Source of the DNA: an uncultured Clostridia bacterium
GTDB lineage: Bacteria; Bacillota; Clostridia; UBA1381
Direction: 5' to 3'
DNA: 64,000 nucleotides
NCBI GenBank assembly: GCA_934462715.1
Contig: CAKSIJ010000001.1
Coordinates: 98,130 to 162,129 of the forward strand
The translations under genes were made by a program, and so were the position numbers. This document shows, piece by piece, positions 47,374 through 57,234 of this stretch. The notes under the pieces are model-generated. The model did not search any database and was not told the DNA's origin. It saw only the letters and a list, made by a program, of their open reading frames with translations. Position 1 is the first letter of the stretch. Each line of letters opens with the position of its first letter.

Positions 47374-49989
47374 TTACACTCTGTCATGCTTACCGTAATA
47401 AGCATTCAAATACATCTGTTTTATCTCGCTCATAAGCGGATATCTCGGGTTTGCTCCCGTACACTGATCATCAAATGCCTGTTCCGTCATATCGTCAAGC
47501 CTTGACAAAAAGTCATTTTCATCAATGCCGTAATCCTTAATCGTATTCTTTATTTCAACAGTCTTTTTAAGCTTGTCGATTTCGGATATCAGATTTTCAA
47601 CGCTTTGTTCGTCTGTCTTTGCGCCGAAGCCCAGATACCTTGCTATCTCTGCATAACGTGCTATGGTGTGCGGATATCCGTACTGAGGGAACGTACCCAT
47701 CTTCACGGGAGTTTCTGACGAATTAAAGCGGATAACCTCATCTATCATCAATGCATTTGCTATACCGTGCGGCAAATGATGAAACGCTCCGAGCTTATGC
47801 GCCATTGAGTGGCACACTCCCAAAAATGCATTTGCAAAAGCCATACCTGCCATAGTTGCGGCATTAGCCATTTTTTCTCTTGCCTCAACATCATTCCGGC
47901 CGTCCTTATATGCACGAGGCAGATAATCGAATATAGTCTTTAAAGCCTTTAGCGCCAAACCGTCGGTATAATCGGTCGCAAGCATAGAAGCATAAGCTTC
48001 AAGTGCGTGCGTTACCGCGTCTATACCTGAAGCCGCCGTAAGTCCTTTCGGTGCGCTCATGTGGAAATCGGTATCTATAATCGCCATATTCGGCATAAGC
48101 TGATAATCCGCAAGAGGATATTTAACTCCGGTCTTTTCATCGGTTATAACCGCAAACGGGGTAACCTCCGAGCCTGTTCCGGCAGAGGTCGGAATTGCTA
48201 TAAAATATGCCTTTTCTCCCATTTTAGGGAAAGTATATACTCTTTTTCTTATATCTGAAAAGCGCATTGCCATATCCATAAAATCTGCATCGGGGTGTTC
48301 GTAAAGCACCCACATGATTTTTGCCGCGTCCATTGCGCTTCCGCCGCCGAGAGCGATTATGCAGTCGGGTTCAAACGCACTCATAAGCTTTGCGCCGTCC
48401 TTTGCGCACGCAAGGGTCGGATCGGGAGCAACATCAAAAAATACCGTGTGAGTTATTCCCATTTCGTCAAGCTTATCGGTTATCGGCTTGGTATATCCGT
48501 TATGATACAAAAAGCTGTCGGTTACTATAAAGGCTTTTTTCTTGCTCATAACATTTTTCAGCTCGTCAAGCGCAACCGGCAGACAGCCTTTCTTTATATA
48601 AACCTTTTCCGGACTTCTGAACCAAAGCATATTCTCTCTCCTTTCGGCAACCGTTTTTATATTAAGAAGATGCTTCACTCCGACATTTTCGGAAACGGAA
48701 TTTCCGCCCCATGTACCGCAGCCCAGCGTCAGTGACGGAGCAAGCTTAAAGTTATACAAATCGCCTATACCGCCGTGTGATGACGGTGTGTTTACAAGAA
48801 TACGGCAGGTTTTCATGCGCTCTGCAAATTTATCCAGCTTTTCCTGCTCGGACAGAACGTTCAGATATACCGACGAGGTATGTCCGTAGCCGCCGTCCGC
48901 TATCAGTCTTTCCGCCTTTGCAAGCGCTTCGTCAAAGCTTTCCGCCTTGTACATTGCAAGTACAGGCGACAGCTTTTCATGTGCAAATTCCTCAGATATA
49001 TCAACGCTTGTCACCTCGCCTATCAATACCTTTGTACTTTCCGGAATCTCAACTCCCGCAAGCTGCGCTATTTTATACGGTTTCTGACCGACTATTTTGG
49101 CATTGAGAGAACCGTTGATTATTATTGTTTTTCTGACCTTATCTATTTCATCGGCTTTAAGGAAATAGCAGCCTCTGTCAGAAAATTCTTTCTTTACTTT
49201 CTTATATATATCCGACATAACGATAACCGACTGCTCCGATGCGCAAATCATACCGTTGTCAAAGGTTTTTGAGTGTATAATCGAATTGACGGCAAGGAGT
49301 ATATCCGACGACGAATCGATAATTGCCGGCGTATTTCCGGCGCCTACGCCCAAAGCAGGCTTTCCGCTCGAATATGCAGCCTTTACCATACCCGGTCCTC
49401 CGGTTGCGAGGATAATATCCGCTTCTCTCATTACCGTATTTGTCAGCTCAAGGCTCGGTACGTCTATCCAATCGATAATTCCCTCCGGCGCACCTGCCGC
49501 AACGGCGGCTTCGAGCACAATTTTCGCAGCCTCAACCGTACTTTTCTTTGCTCTCGGATGCGGACTGATTATTATTGCGTTTCGTGTCTTTAACGCTATA
49601 AGCGTTTTGAATATTGCGGTGGAGGTCGGGTTTGTGGTTGGGATAACGGCGGCAATCACTCCGATAGGCTCTGCTATCTTTTTGATTCCGTATGCCTTAT
49701 CCTCCTCTATCACACCGCAAGTTTTTGTATTTCTGTATGCGTTATAAATATATTCTGCGGCATAGTGATTTTTGATTACTTTATCTTCAACCACTCCCAT
49801 GCCCGTTTCCTCAACCGCCATTTTGGCAAGAGGTATTCTGGCTTTGTTTGCAGCGATGGCAGCTGCCGCAAAAATTTTGTCTACCTGTTCCTGGGTATAA
49901 TGCGAAAATTCGTTCTGTGCCTTTCTCAGCCTTTTTAAGGCTTTTTCCAGGGATTCAACACTGTCGATTGTTTCATAGATTTTTTCCAT
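47374..49989 (-). CDS. adhE: Bifunctional acetaldehyde-CoA / alcohol dehydrogenase AdhE.
   Basis: 871 aa. N-terminal ALDH domain (IAEPIGVIAAVIPTTNPTST) and a C-terminal Fe-ADH domain. Confidence 0.95.
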   Translation of the reverse strand: MEKIYETIDSVESLEKALKRLRKAQNEFSHYTQEQVDKIFAAAAIAANKARIPLAKMAVEETGMGVVEDKVIKNHYAAEYIYNAYRNTKTCGVIEEDKAYGIKKIAEPIGVIAAVIPTTNPTSTAIFKTLIALKTRNAIIISPHPRAKKSTVEAAKIVLEAAVAAGAPEGIIDWIDVPSLELTNTVMREADIILATGGPGMVKAAYSSGKPALGVGAGNTPAIIDSSSDILLAVNSIIHSKTFDNGMICASEQSVIVMSDIYKKVKKEFSDRGCYFLKADEIDKVRKTIIINGSLNAKIVGQKPYKIAQLAGVEIPESTKVLIGEVTSVDISEEFAHEKLSPVLAMYKAESFDEALAKAERLIADGGYGHTSSVYLNVLSEQEKLDKFAERMKTCRILVNTPSSHGGIGDLYNFKLAPSLTLGCGTWGGNSVSENVGVKHLLNIKTVAERRENMLWFRSPEKVYIKKGCLPVALDELKNVMSKKKAFIVTDSFLYHNGYTKPITDKLDEMGITHTVFFDVAPDPTLACAKDGAKLMSAFEPDCIIALGGGSAMDAAKIMWVLYEHPDADFMDMAMRFSDIRKRVYTFPKMGEKAYFIAIPTSAGTGSEVTPFAVITDEKTGVKYPLADYQLMPNMAIIDTDFHMSAPKGLTAASGIDAVTHALEAYASMLATDYTDGLALKALKTIFDYLPRAYKDGRNDVEAREKMANAATMAGMAFANAFLGVCHSMAHKLGAFHHLPHGIANALMIDEVIRFNSSETPVKMGTFPQYGYPHTIARYAEIARYLGFGAKTDEQSVENLISEIDKLKKTVEIKNTIKDYGIDENDFLSRLDDMTEQAFDDQCTGANPRYPLMSEIKQMYLNAYYGKHDRV

Positions 49990-50045
49990 AATATCATTCT
50001 ACTCCTTTTTAAAGATTTAAGCGGTTTTTATCTATCCGCTCAATA

Positions 50046-50064
50046 GAGTGATATGCCGCACCTC
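50046..50064. promoter_or_regulatory. Perfect palindrome GATATTC-ctatt-GAATATC in the adhE leader. Possible second operator.
   Basis: 7-bp inverted repeat with a 5-nt spacer, ~60 nt upstream of the adhE ATG. Confidence 0.3.
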
Positions 50065-50092
50065 CGATATTCCTATTGAATATCCCGGCATA

Positions 50093-50110
50093 ACAGAACA
50101 GTATTTCTTT
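50093..50110. promoter_or_regulatory. Rex (redox-sensing repressor) operator upstream of adhE.
   Basis: TTGTTAAtattTTAACAA matches the clostridial Rex consensus TTGTTAAnnnnTTAACAA at 18/18 positions. ~105 nt upstream of the adhE start. adhE is a classical Rex target. Confidence 0.7.
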
Positions 50111-50247
50111 ATTTGTTAATATTTTAACAAACTTTTTGACCCATTGCAATATCAAAAAATTTATAACCTTATATAACCGGCTTATATCAAATTTTAATTA
50201 TTAAATTTTTCGCTGTATTATCGGTTTTACCGCTATCCGTATAAAAA

Positions 50248-51183
50248 TTATATGCTTGGTACCCCAAATTTTTTCATGGCGGTTTTAACTTCTTCTATAA
50301 AGTCAAGATCAAGCTTTGTAAGCTTGTAATTTTTTCTGTATATCAAAACATCTCTGTATATCTTGTTGTTGTCCTCAGAGCTTTTTTCAATAAGACCGAA
50401 TTGGGTGAGCTTTTCCTCAGACATCGGTGTAATCCACATAAATGTGTCGGGTACGTTCTGGAGCAAATCAAACTGGCTCGCTCTTTCAAAAACGAATATT
50501 CTGTTGTCGACATACTCGCCCAGTTCCTCCCTTTTGAGCTCTGCAAGCGGCATTGACGGAACATACGGATCCGCATGAGATATTTCGGTATATTCTTTCA
50601 GATCGGAAAGTCTTATATTATCCTTATCCGCAAGCGGATGCTCCTCAGACATTACGAGCATATATGAAAACTCCGCAAGCTCCTCAAATGCAAGCCCTTT
50701 TTCTCTGAGCATGGTTTTAAAGTAAGAATCATAAGAGGTCTTGTATCTGATTATGCCGAGCTTGTAGTCCTCCTGCAAAATATTGTCAATCGCACGCTTA
50801 GAGTTGGTTTCCTTATAGAAAAACTCAATAGGCTTTTCTTTCGGCGCTTTTTTCGCAAACTGAGAAAAGGCATAAGATATATAGCTTGATCTCGGCACGG
50901 AAATCGAAAATTTCTGTTTCTGGCATCCGCCGTTCTTATACATATTTTCAACCTCATCAATCTGCGCAAGGATTTTCTTTGCGTAGCTCAAAAATTCCTC
51001 GCCCTGAACCGTTGTAGTCATTCCCTTTGAGGTTCTCTTGAATATTGAAATTCCGAGATCCTCCTCCAGCTCTTTGAGCGCACGGCTGAGATTTGGCTGA
51101 CTCATATAAAGCGTTTCAGCCGCCTTGTTTATTGAATGATGTTTTTCTATCTCAAGTGCATATTTTAAGTGTAAGATATTCAT
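50248..51183 (-). CDS. LysR-family transcriptional regulator.
   Basis: ATG at 51183 with RBS AAAGAGGA gives MNILHLKYALEIEKHHSINKAAETLYMSQPNLSRALKELE (HTH), followed by a substrate-binding domain. The track ORF begins 111 nt further upstream. Confidence 0.85.
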   Translation of the reverse strand: MNILHLKYALEIEKHHSINKAAETLYMSQPNLSRALKELEEDLGISIFKRTSKGMTTTVQGEEFLSYAKKILAQIDEVENMYKNGGCQKQKFSISVPRSSYISYAFSQFAKKAPKEKPIEFFYKETNSKRAIDNILQEDYKLGIIRYKTSYDSYFKTMLREKGLAFEELAEFSYMLVMSEEHPLADKDNIRLSDLKEYTEISHADPYVPSMPLAELKREELGEYVDNRIFVFERASQFDLLQNVPDTFMWITPMSEEKLTQFGLIEKSSEDNNKIYRDVLIYRKNYKLTKLDLDFIEEVKTAMKKFGVPSI

Positions 51184-51508
51184 ACAGATTTCCTCTTTAA
51201 TTTTAGTGTTTTTAGATAATTTTCTTTTTCTCCCGACAATATTTTTGCAGTATAATTCTGATATGATTATATCACAATGTGATTTAAAAATCAATTATTT
51301 TGAAAAAAAACCTCCGATAATCTTAACAATTTAGTAACCAAATACAATTTTTCCGCCAATCTTTATTGAATATGAGTAATTGCAGGGTATTTACGTTCAA
51401 ATAATATACTTTTAATCGTTTTGACAAAATTCAACAATAACAAACAAAAAAATGCTGTTATGTCAACCTGATTATGCGTGGAAAAATAAACCAATTTTAT
51501 TCACACCC

Positions 51509-51582
51509 TGTTGATAAGTATGTGGATTGTCTGAAAATACAGTGTTTGTCCTCATTAAAATCGTTGATAAACCTGTGGATAA
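51509..51582. promoter_or_regulatory. Cluster of four DnaA-box-like 9-mers arranged as two tandem pairs.
   Basis: TGTTGATAA gta TGTGGATTG, then 32 nt, then cGTTGATAA acc TGTGGATAA. The last is a perfect TTATCCACA on the complementary strand. Confidence 0.4.
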
Positions 51583-51651
51583 GGTGAATAGTAATATTGC
51601 TGTAATCTTTCCGTAAACTAATTTATGTAAATCAAACAAATAAATTAACAA

Positions 51652-51680
51652 TTGACATTTTGCAAAAAAAATGCTAAAAT
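51652..51680 (+). promoter_or_regulatory. Sigma-A promoter for the TrmH-family methyltransferase / hydE / mnmA unit, with a GC hairpin in the leader (51705-51736).
   Basis: TTGACA, a 17-nt spacer, then TAAAAT. Leader stem GCCGGCGG...CCGCCGGC. Confidence 0.5.
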
Positions 51681-51754
51681 ATTCGTAGTGATATATATTT
51701 AAATGCCGGCGGGCATAAGCTTTTGATTCCGCCGGCAAATGAACGGAGAAAAAT

Positions 51755-52546
51755 ATGCATACAATTACAAGCACGCAAAACGAAAAATACAAATTTTTCA
51801 AATCGCTTAAACAAAAAAAATACAGAACCAAAACAGGTTTGTACACTGTCGAGGGCATGAAGTCCGTACTGGACGCGGCTTCTTCCGGTGCGCAGACAGA
51901 AGCACTGATCGTTTCTGAATCGTTTTTTAACGCTCAAAAATCATCTATTCCCCGGCAGACGGAAATTTATTCGGTATTGGATTCAATCTTTGCTCCGCTG
52001 TCTGACACAGAAGCTCCACAGGGAATTATTGCGGTAATTAAAAAGGATTGCGAAAAAGAATTTCTTCCGGATTTGTCAAAAGCATATATTTACTGCGACA
52101 GACTGCAAGATCCGGGGAATCTCGGGACAATCATACGGACCGCAGATGCGGCAGGCTTTGGCGGCATACTGCTTTCAAACGACTGTGCCGACCTCTATTC
52201 CCCGAAAACGGTACGTTCAAGCATGGGTTCTTTCTTTCATATTCAAGCGTATGAAAACTGTTCGCTAGGCACTCTCTCCGAATTAAAAACACTTGGTTTT
52301 TCTGTTGTGTGCGGCGTTCTGTCCGACAAGACAATTGACTACACCGCAGCAGACTTTACAAAACCCGTCTTATTGGTTATCGGCAACGAAGCAAACGGTA
52401 TCTGCGATGAGATTTTAAAAATATCCGATTGCGATGTTAAAATCCCGATCAGCGGGAAAGCGGAATCACTCAATGCCGCCGTTGCCGCAGGTATTTTAAT
52501 GTATGAGGTTAACAGACAAAGAAATGCTTTTAAAAAGGTGAAATAA
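51755..52546 (+). CDS. TrmH/SpoU-family RNA 2'-O-methyltransferase.
   Basis: SPOUT motifs NLGTIIRTADAAG, IGNEANGI and AESLNAAVAAGILMYE. Confidence 0.8.
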   Translation: MHTITSTQNEKYKFFKSLKQKKYRTKTGLYTVEGMKSVLDAASSGAQTEALIVSESFFNAQKSSIPRQTEIYSVLDSIFAPLSDTEAPQGIIAVIKKDCEKEFLPDLSKAYIYCDRLQDPGNLGTIIRTADAAGFGGILLSNDCADLYSPKTVRSSMGSFFHIQAYENCSLGTLSELKTLGFSVVCGVLSDKTIDYTAADFTKPVLLVIGNEANGICDEILKISDCDVKIPISGKAESLNAAVAAGILMYEVNRQRNAFKKVK

Positions 52547-53605
52547 ATGACTGAAACAGCAAACACATCAAATCTTGTTTCGAAGCTTGAAAAAAATCGT
52601 ACTCTTTCCAATTCCGATTTTAAGAAGCTTCTGGAAACGGATATATATGATAACGATTTATTTAAAGCGGCAGACGAGGTCAGGCGCAGAAATTACGGAA
52701 CAAAGGTCTACATCAGAGGTCTTATCGAATTTACAAATTACTGCCGTAACGACTGCTTCTACTGCGGAATACGGAAAAGCAACAAAAATGCCGAACGATA
52801 CCGTCTTACGCAAGAAGAAATTCTTGATTGCTGCAAGGAGGGATATTCTCTCGGATTCCGCACCTTCGTTCTGCAAGGCGGTGAGGACGAATATTTTGAC
52901 GATGATAAGCTCTGCTCGATCGTTTCCGCAATACGCGGAAATTATCCCGATTGTGCAATCACTCTGTCTGTTGGTGAAAAATCAAAAGAAAGCTATGAAA
53001 AGTATTTCAAAGCCGGTGCAAACCGTTATCTTCTGCGCCACGAAACAGCGGATAATCTGCATTATTCAAAACTTCACCCACATTCCATGAGTCTTTGTAA
53101 CCGAAAAAAATGCCTGTTTGACTTAAAAGAAATCGGGTATCAGGTAGGATCGGGATTCATGGTAGGAAGTCCTTTTCAGACTTCCGAAAGCTTAATTTCG
53201 GATTTGAGATTTTTGCAGGAGCTGAAGCCGGACATGATAGGGATAGGACCGTTTATAACGCACTGCGACACACCGTTTGCAAAATACAAAAGCGGAACGC
53301 TTGCATTAACGCTTCGGCTTGTTGCGATTCTCAGACTTATGTTTCCGTATGCACTGATACCGTCAACAACCGCTCTCGGGACTATAGATCCGAACGGGCG
53401 TGAATTGGGATTGAAAGCCGGCGCCAATGTTGTTATGCCGAATCTTTCACCGGTCGCAACAAGAAAGCTTTATGAGCTTTATGACAATAAAATCTGCACA
53501 GGCGAGGAGGCCGCACAATGCAGAGGTTGTCTTGAAGCGCGCGTCAAATCAGCCGGATATGAGATCGTGACCGATATAGGCAATCCCTGCCGACATTCGG
53601 ATTAA
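52547..53605 (+). CDS. hydE: [FeFe]-hydrogenase H-cluster maturase HydE (radical SAM).
   Basis: VYIRGLIEFTNYCRNDCFYCGIRKSN matches the HydE-type CxxxCxxC context. 352 aa. Biotin-synthase-like fold. Starts immediately after the methyltransferase stop. Confidence 0.7.
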   Translation: MTETANTSNLVSKLEKNRTLSNSDFKKLLETDIYDNDLFKAADEVRRRNYGTKVYIRGLIEFTNYCRNDCFYCGIRKSNKNAERYRLTQEEILDCCKEGYSLGFRTFVLQGGEDEYFDDDKLCSIVSAIRGNYPDCAITLSVGEKSKESYEKYFKAGANRYLLRHETADNLHYSKLHPHSMSLCNRKKCLFDLKEIGYQVGSGFMVGSPFQTSESLISDLRFLQELKPDMIGIGPFITHCDTPFAKYKSGTLALTLRLVAILRLMFPYALIPSTTALGTIDPNGRELGLKAGANVVMPNLSPVATRKLYELYDNKICTGEEAAQCRGCLEARVKSAGYEIVTDIGNPCRHSD

Positions 53606-53720
53606 AACCGCAAAAAGCAGATTTTGCAAGCATAACCGACCGATAATATAAATTATCTTAAAACACATTAAGAATAAAATTTTGCACAGCCGTCAAGGGC
53701 GGCAAAAAGGAGAATATATT

Positions 53721-54800
53721 ATGAGTAAAAAAGCAATAATCGCCATGAGCGGCGGCGTTGATTCGAGCGTTGCGGCTCTGCTTACAAAACAGATGGGGCT
53801 TGAATGTATAGGCGCAACCATGAAATTGTTTGACAACGGCGATGTCGGCAAAAAAAAGGAAAATTCCTGCTGTTCTCTCGAAGATGTAGAGGACGCAAGA
53901 AGCGTTGCAACATCACTGGGTATGCCTTACTATGTTTTCAATTTTTCCGACTGCTTCCGCGCGGAGGTAATCGACAGATTCATATATGCATACGAAAACG
54001 GAATAACTCCCAACCCCTGTATCGACTGCAACAGACATCTTAAATTTGACAAGCTCTACAGACGTGCAATGGAAATCGGCTACGATTACGTTGTAACCGG
54101 ACACTATGCAAGAATCGAAAAGGATGGGAATACCGGACGTTTTCTCTTAAAAAAGGGTATTGACTCAACAAAAGACCAAAGCTACGTTCTTTACGCAATG
54201 ACTCAGGAGCAGCTTGTGCACACGCTTTTCCCTCTCGGAGGCTATGAAAAGACTAAAATCAGAGAAATAGCCACAGAACACGGCTTTATCAACGCAAAGA
54301 AGCATGACAGCCAGGATATATGCTTTGTTCAGGACGGCTCGTACACAGATTTCATCTGTCAGTATACAAATAAAACCTATCCCAAAGGCTTTTATAAGGA
54401 CATAGACGGAAATATCTTGGGAGAACATAAAGGAATAATTCACTATACGGTAGGTCAGCATAAGGGCTTGGGACTTTCCACTGAAATTCCGCTTTATGTA
54501 AAAAGCGTAAATCCGCAGGATAATACCGTAACCTTGTGCAAAAGCGAGGATTTGTTCACAAGAACCCTTACTGCCGATAACATAAATCTGATTTCCGTTG
54601 AAAGCATAGATAAGCCGATGAAAATCTCGGCAAAAATCCGTTACCGCCAAAGCGAACAGCCGGCAACCGCAATTCAGACCGGCGGCGATTCGATCAGAGT
54701 TGAATTTGACGAACCTCAAAGAGCCATAACAAAAGGGCAGGCGGTTGTACTGTATGACGGCGATACCGTTGTGGGCGGAGGAACCATAAAAGATTGCTGA
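53721..54800 (+). CDS. mnmA: tRNA-specific 2-thiouridylase MnmA.
   Basis: ATG at 53721 with RBS AAGGAG gives MSKKAIIAMSGGVDSSVAALL (PP-loop). The track ORF begins 39 nt further upstream. Confidence 0.9.
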   Translation: MSKKAIIAMSGGVDSSVAALLTKQMGLECIGATMKLFDNGDVGKKKENSCCSLEDVEDARSVATSLGMPYYVFNFSDCFRAEVIDRFIYAYENGITPNPCIDCNRHLKFDKLYRRAMEIGYDYVVTGHYARIEKDGNTGRFLLKKGIDSTKDQSYVLYAMTQEQLVHTLFPLGGYEKTKIREIATEHGFINAKKHDSQDICFVQDGSYTDFICQYTNKTYPKGFYKDIDGNILGEHKGIIHYTVGQHKGLGLSTEIPLYVKSVNPQDNTVTLCKSEDLFTRTLTADNINLISVESIDKPMKISAKIRYRQSEQPATAIQTGGDSIRVEFDEPQRAITKGQAVVLYDGDTVVGGGTIKDC

Positions 54801-54857
54801 ATTAACCCTTCATACAAAAAACGAGCTTAGACAAGCCCGTTTTTTTGTATGCTTTAT

Positions 54858-56123
54858 TCATATATGGTCGGTTTCAAACCGCTCGCCCGATTTCGAGATG
54901 TCTTTTGGGATCAGACTGTCGTCAAAGTGTATCATAACGTCCGCTTTTTCAAGTCTGTTTTGCAGCTCGGAAACATCTATATCATATATCGGCTTTCCGC
55001 TTTCAATCGACAAAACAGCCGCCTCACCTGCCGCCTGTCCGGTTATTATTGCAGGAGGAATTACACGGATAACGTCCCATGCATATCCGCTGCCGGCAAC
55101 GCATCTGCCGGCGGTAATCAGATTGTCAAAGCCTTTCTTTATCATTGCACGATACGGTATTTCAAAAAGAAAATCCTTTCTGTCAAAATCGTTAATCGCA
55201 CCGACAGAATCCTCAAAATGCCTGTAGGTATCGGTTTCCTGCACCGTATACTCGCCGTCAATATGCCTTGTTGTTCTGAACTGGCACATTGTGGGTATTT
55301 CCAGTATATCTCTTCCCTTTCTGTCATCATTTTCTATATTCTTCAAAAGCTCGTTATGGTTTTTTATTATGTAATCGGAAATATCCTCAACGTCCGTTCC
55401 GGTAAAATACTTCATTCCCTCCGGGTGATTTCTGCCGTATAAATCGGCAGGTCCGCCGAAATATGCTCTCGTCAGCTTTGACATATCCTTTGCTTCATAT
55501 GCATTGCGGCAGGTTTCGGTGTTTGCGCCATAGGTATAAAACGTATAATAATTCTTTCCCTGAACCGTCGGCACTCCGGCTCTGTATAAAACGTCTGCGT
55601 CACCGCTTGCGTCTATTACCGTCTTTGCTCCGTAAAACTCACGTCCCGACTTATTTTCTACAATCAGCCCCTTGCAATGACCGTTTTCCATAACCGGTTT
55701 TGATATTACTGTGTCAAACAAAAGCTTCACACCGTTATCATTCATCAGCTTTGTAAGCTCAATTATAAAAATAGGGACAGAAAATCTTGTTAAGTATCTT
55801 GTCTTTGCACCCTCTCCCGGTTCACCGTTCTTCCATTCGTCGGGAATCGTGTCATATCCGTGTTTAATCGAGAGTCTTAAAAATTCCTCCGCCATTCCCT
55901 TTATTATCTGCTTTCCCCTGCCGTTGCACATCGGCACAAAAAGATTAACAAGTCCCGATGTTGCAAGACCGCCGAGACAGATTGTTTTCTCTATCAAAAG
56001 CACACTTTTCGATCTGCGTGCGCAGGCAAGTGCCGCAGCCACACCGGCAACTCCGCCGCCGGCAACTATTACGTCATATTCTCCCTTTACCGGTATCTGC
56101 TCCGTAATCTCAAAAGTCTTCAT
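54858..56123 (-). CDS. FAD-dependent oxidoreductase (FAD_oxidored family, often linked to CAZyme loci).
   Basis: YDVIVAGGGVAGVAAALACARRSKSVLLIEK dinucleotide-binding motif. 421 aa. Confidence 0.7.
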   Translation of the reverse strand: MKTFEITEQIPVKGEYDVIVAGGGVAGVAAALACARRSKSVLLIEKTICLGGLATSGLVNLFVPMCNGRGKQIIKGMAEEFLRLSIKHGYDTIPDEWKNGEPGEGAKTRYLTRFSVPIFIIELTKLMNDNGVKLLFDTVISKPVMENGHCKGLIVENKSGREFYGAKTVIDASGDADVLYRAGVPTVQGKNYYTFYTYGANTETCRNAYEAKDMSKLTRAYFGGPADLYGRNHPEGMKYFTGTDVEDISDYIIKNHNELLKNIENDDRKGRDILEIPTMCQFRTTRHIDGEYTVQETDTYRHFEDSVGAINDFDRKDFLFEIPYRAMIKKGFDNLITAGRCVAGSGYAWDVIRVIPPAIITGQAAGEAAVLSIESGKPIYDIDVSELQNRLEKADVMIHFDDSLIPKDISKSGERFETDHI

Positions 56124-56366
56124 AAAATCCGCACCTCAAAAGTATTATTTTATTCTATTATACCATAAACAGATAAAAATGCAAGCACTTTTACCATAAA
56201 TAACCGTAAATTTACAACACAAAAAAATTATACATATCACCTAAGCCGAAAATCTATCTATTGTCCTACTGTATCTATAAATAACCATTGCATATCTGTC
56301 CGATTAATGATATAATGGCTTATATACAATATTGTTGACAAAAAATCAAACAAAAAGCTTTTTGAG

Positions 56367-57125
56367 GTGCTGTTTATGAATCTGCGTATTTACCAAACAG
56401 AGGACGGAATATCTTCATATCCTCTGCACGCACACAATCAATATGAAATAATATACTATCTCCGCGGATGCGGAAATCTGAAAACCGAGACACGGGACTT
56501 TCCTTTTGAACCCGGAACCGTCATAATTGTTCCGCCCGGAATTTATCACGGCTCACATTCGGATTCGGTTTTCAAAAACATATCTGTCAGCGGTGATTTT
56601 GAAAGTCTGATTAAGCTGAAATAGGTTGCAGTTATCGGAAACGCAGGCGAGGAGGGAGATTTTTTCGCACGCCGTATTTATTCCGGCAGATACGAAAACA
56701 ACGAATATCTGTATTCGCTGTGCAATACCTATGTGCTGTATCTTATCCGCTTTCTGAGCGAAAGAAATACTACAATGGAGCTTTGCGTAAACAGGATAAT
56801 ATCAGACATTTCCCACAATGCTTTTTCGGCGGATTTTTGTATTTCAAAGCAGCTTTATAAAAGCGGATATGCGGAGGATTATATACGTCAGCAGTTTAAA
56901 ATACACACCGGCAAAACACCAACGGAATTTTTAAATGAAATAAGAATAAAAAGAGCCTGTTACCTTATCGAGGTTTACGGAAACGGTTATTCGTTCGGCG
57001 AAATTTCACAAAAAAGCGGATATTCCGACTATTCGTATTTTTTGAAATGCTTTAAAAAGCAAATCGGTATGCCGCCGAAAAAATATCTGGAATTTATAGA
57101 TAAAACAAAACAGCAGAAAGGATAG
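56367..57125 (+). pseudogene. AraC-family regulator (cupin plus HTH) interrupted by a single in-frame TAG at 56622-56624.
   Basis: Track ORFs 56367-56624 and 56733-57125 are in the same frame (offset 366 = 122x3), and the stretch between them translates without further stops. Cupin N-terminal half, AraC HTH C-terminal half. Confidence 0.7.
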
Positions 57126-57234
57126 TACTGCTATGCTGAAATTAAAAATAGGAGTTCTCGGTGAAAAAAACACAAAAACATTTTATAAATGTTTGCTCCT
57201 GTAAATTACATTTGACGACATTATGATTAAGAGA

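Noticed and set aside
51184-51754. Possible chromosomal origin (oriC) at the DnaA-box cluster and strand switch
   Set aside because: No dnaA or dnaN adjacent. The dnaB-rplI-gdpP genes to the right are still minus-strand, implying the origin lies beyond the window. Kept only as a DnaA-box cluster finding.
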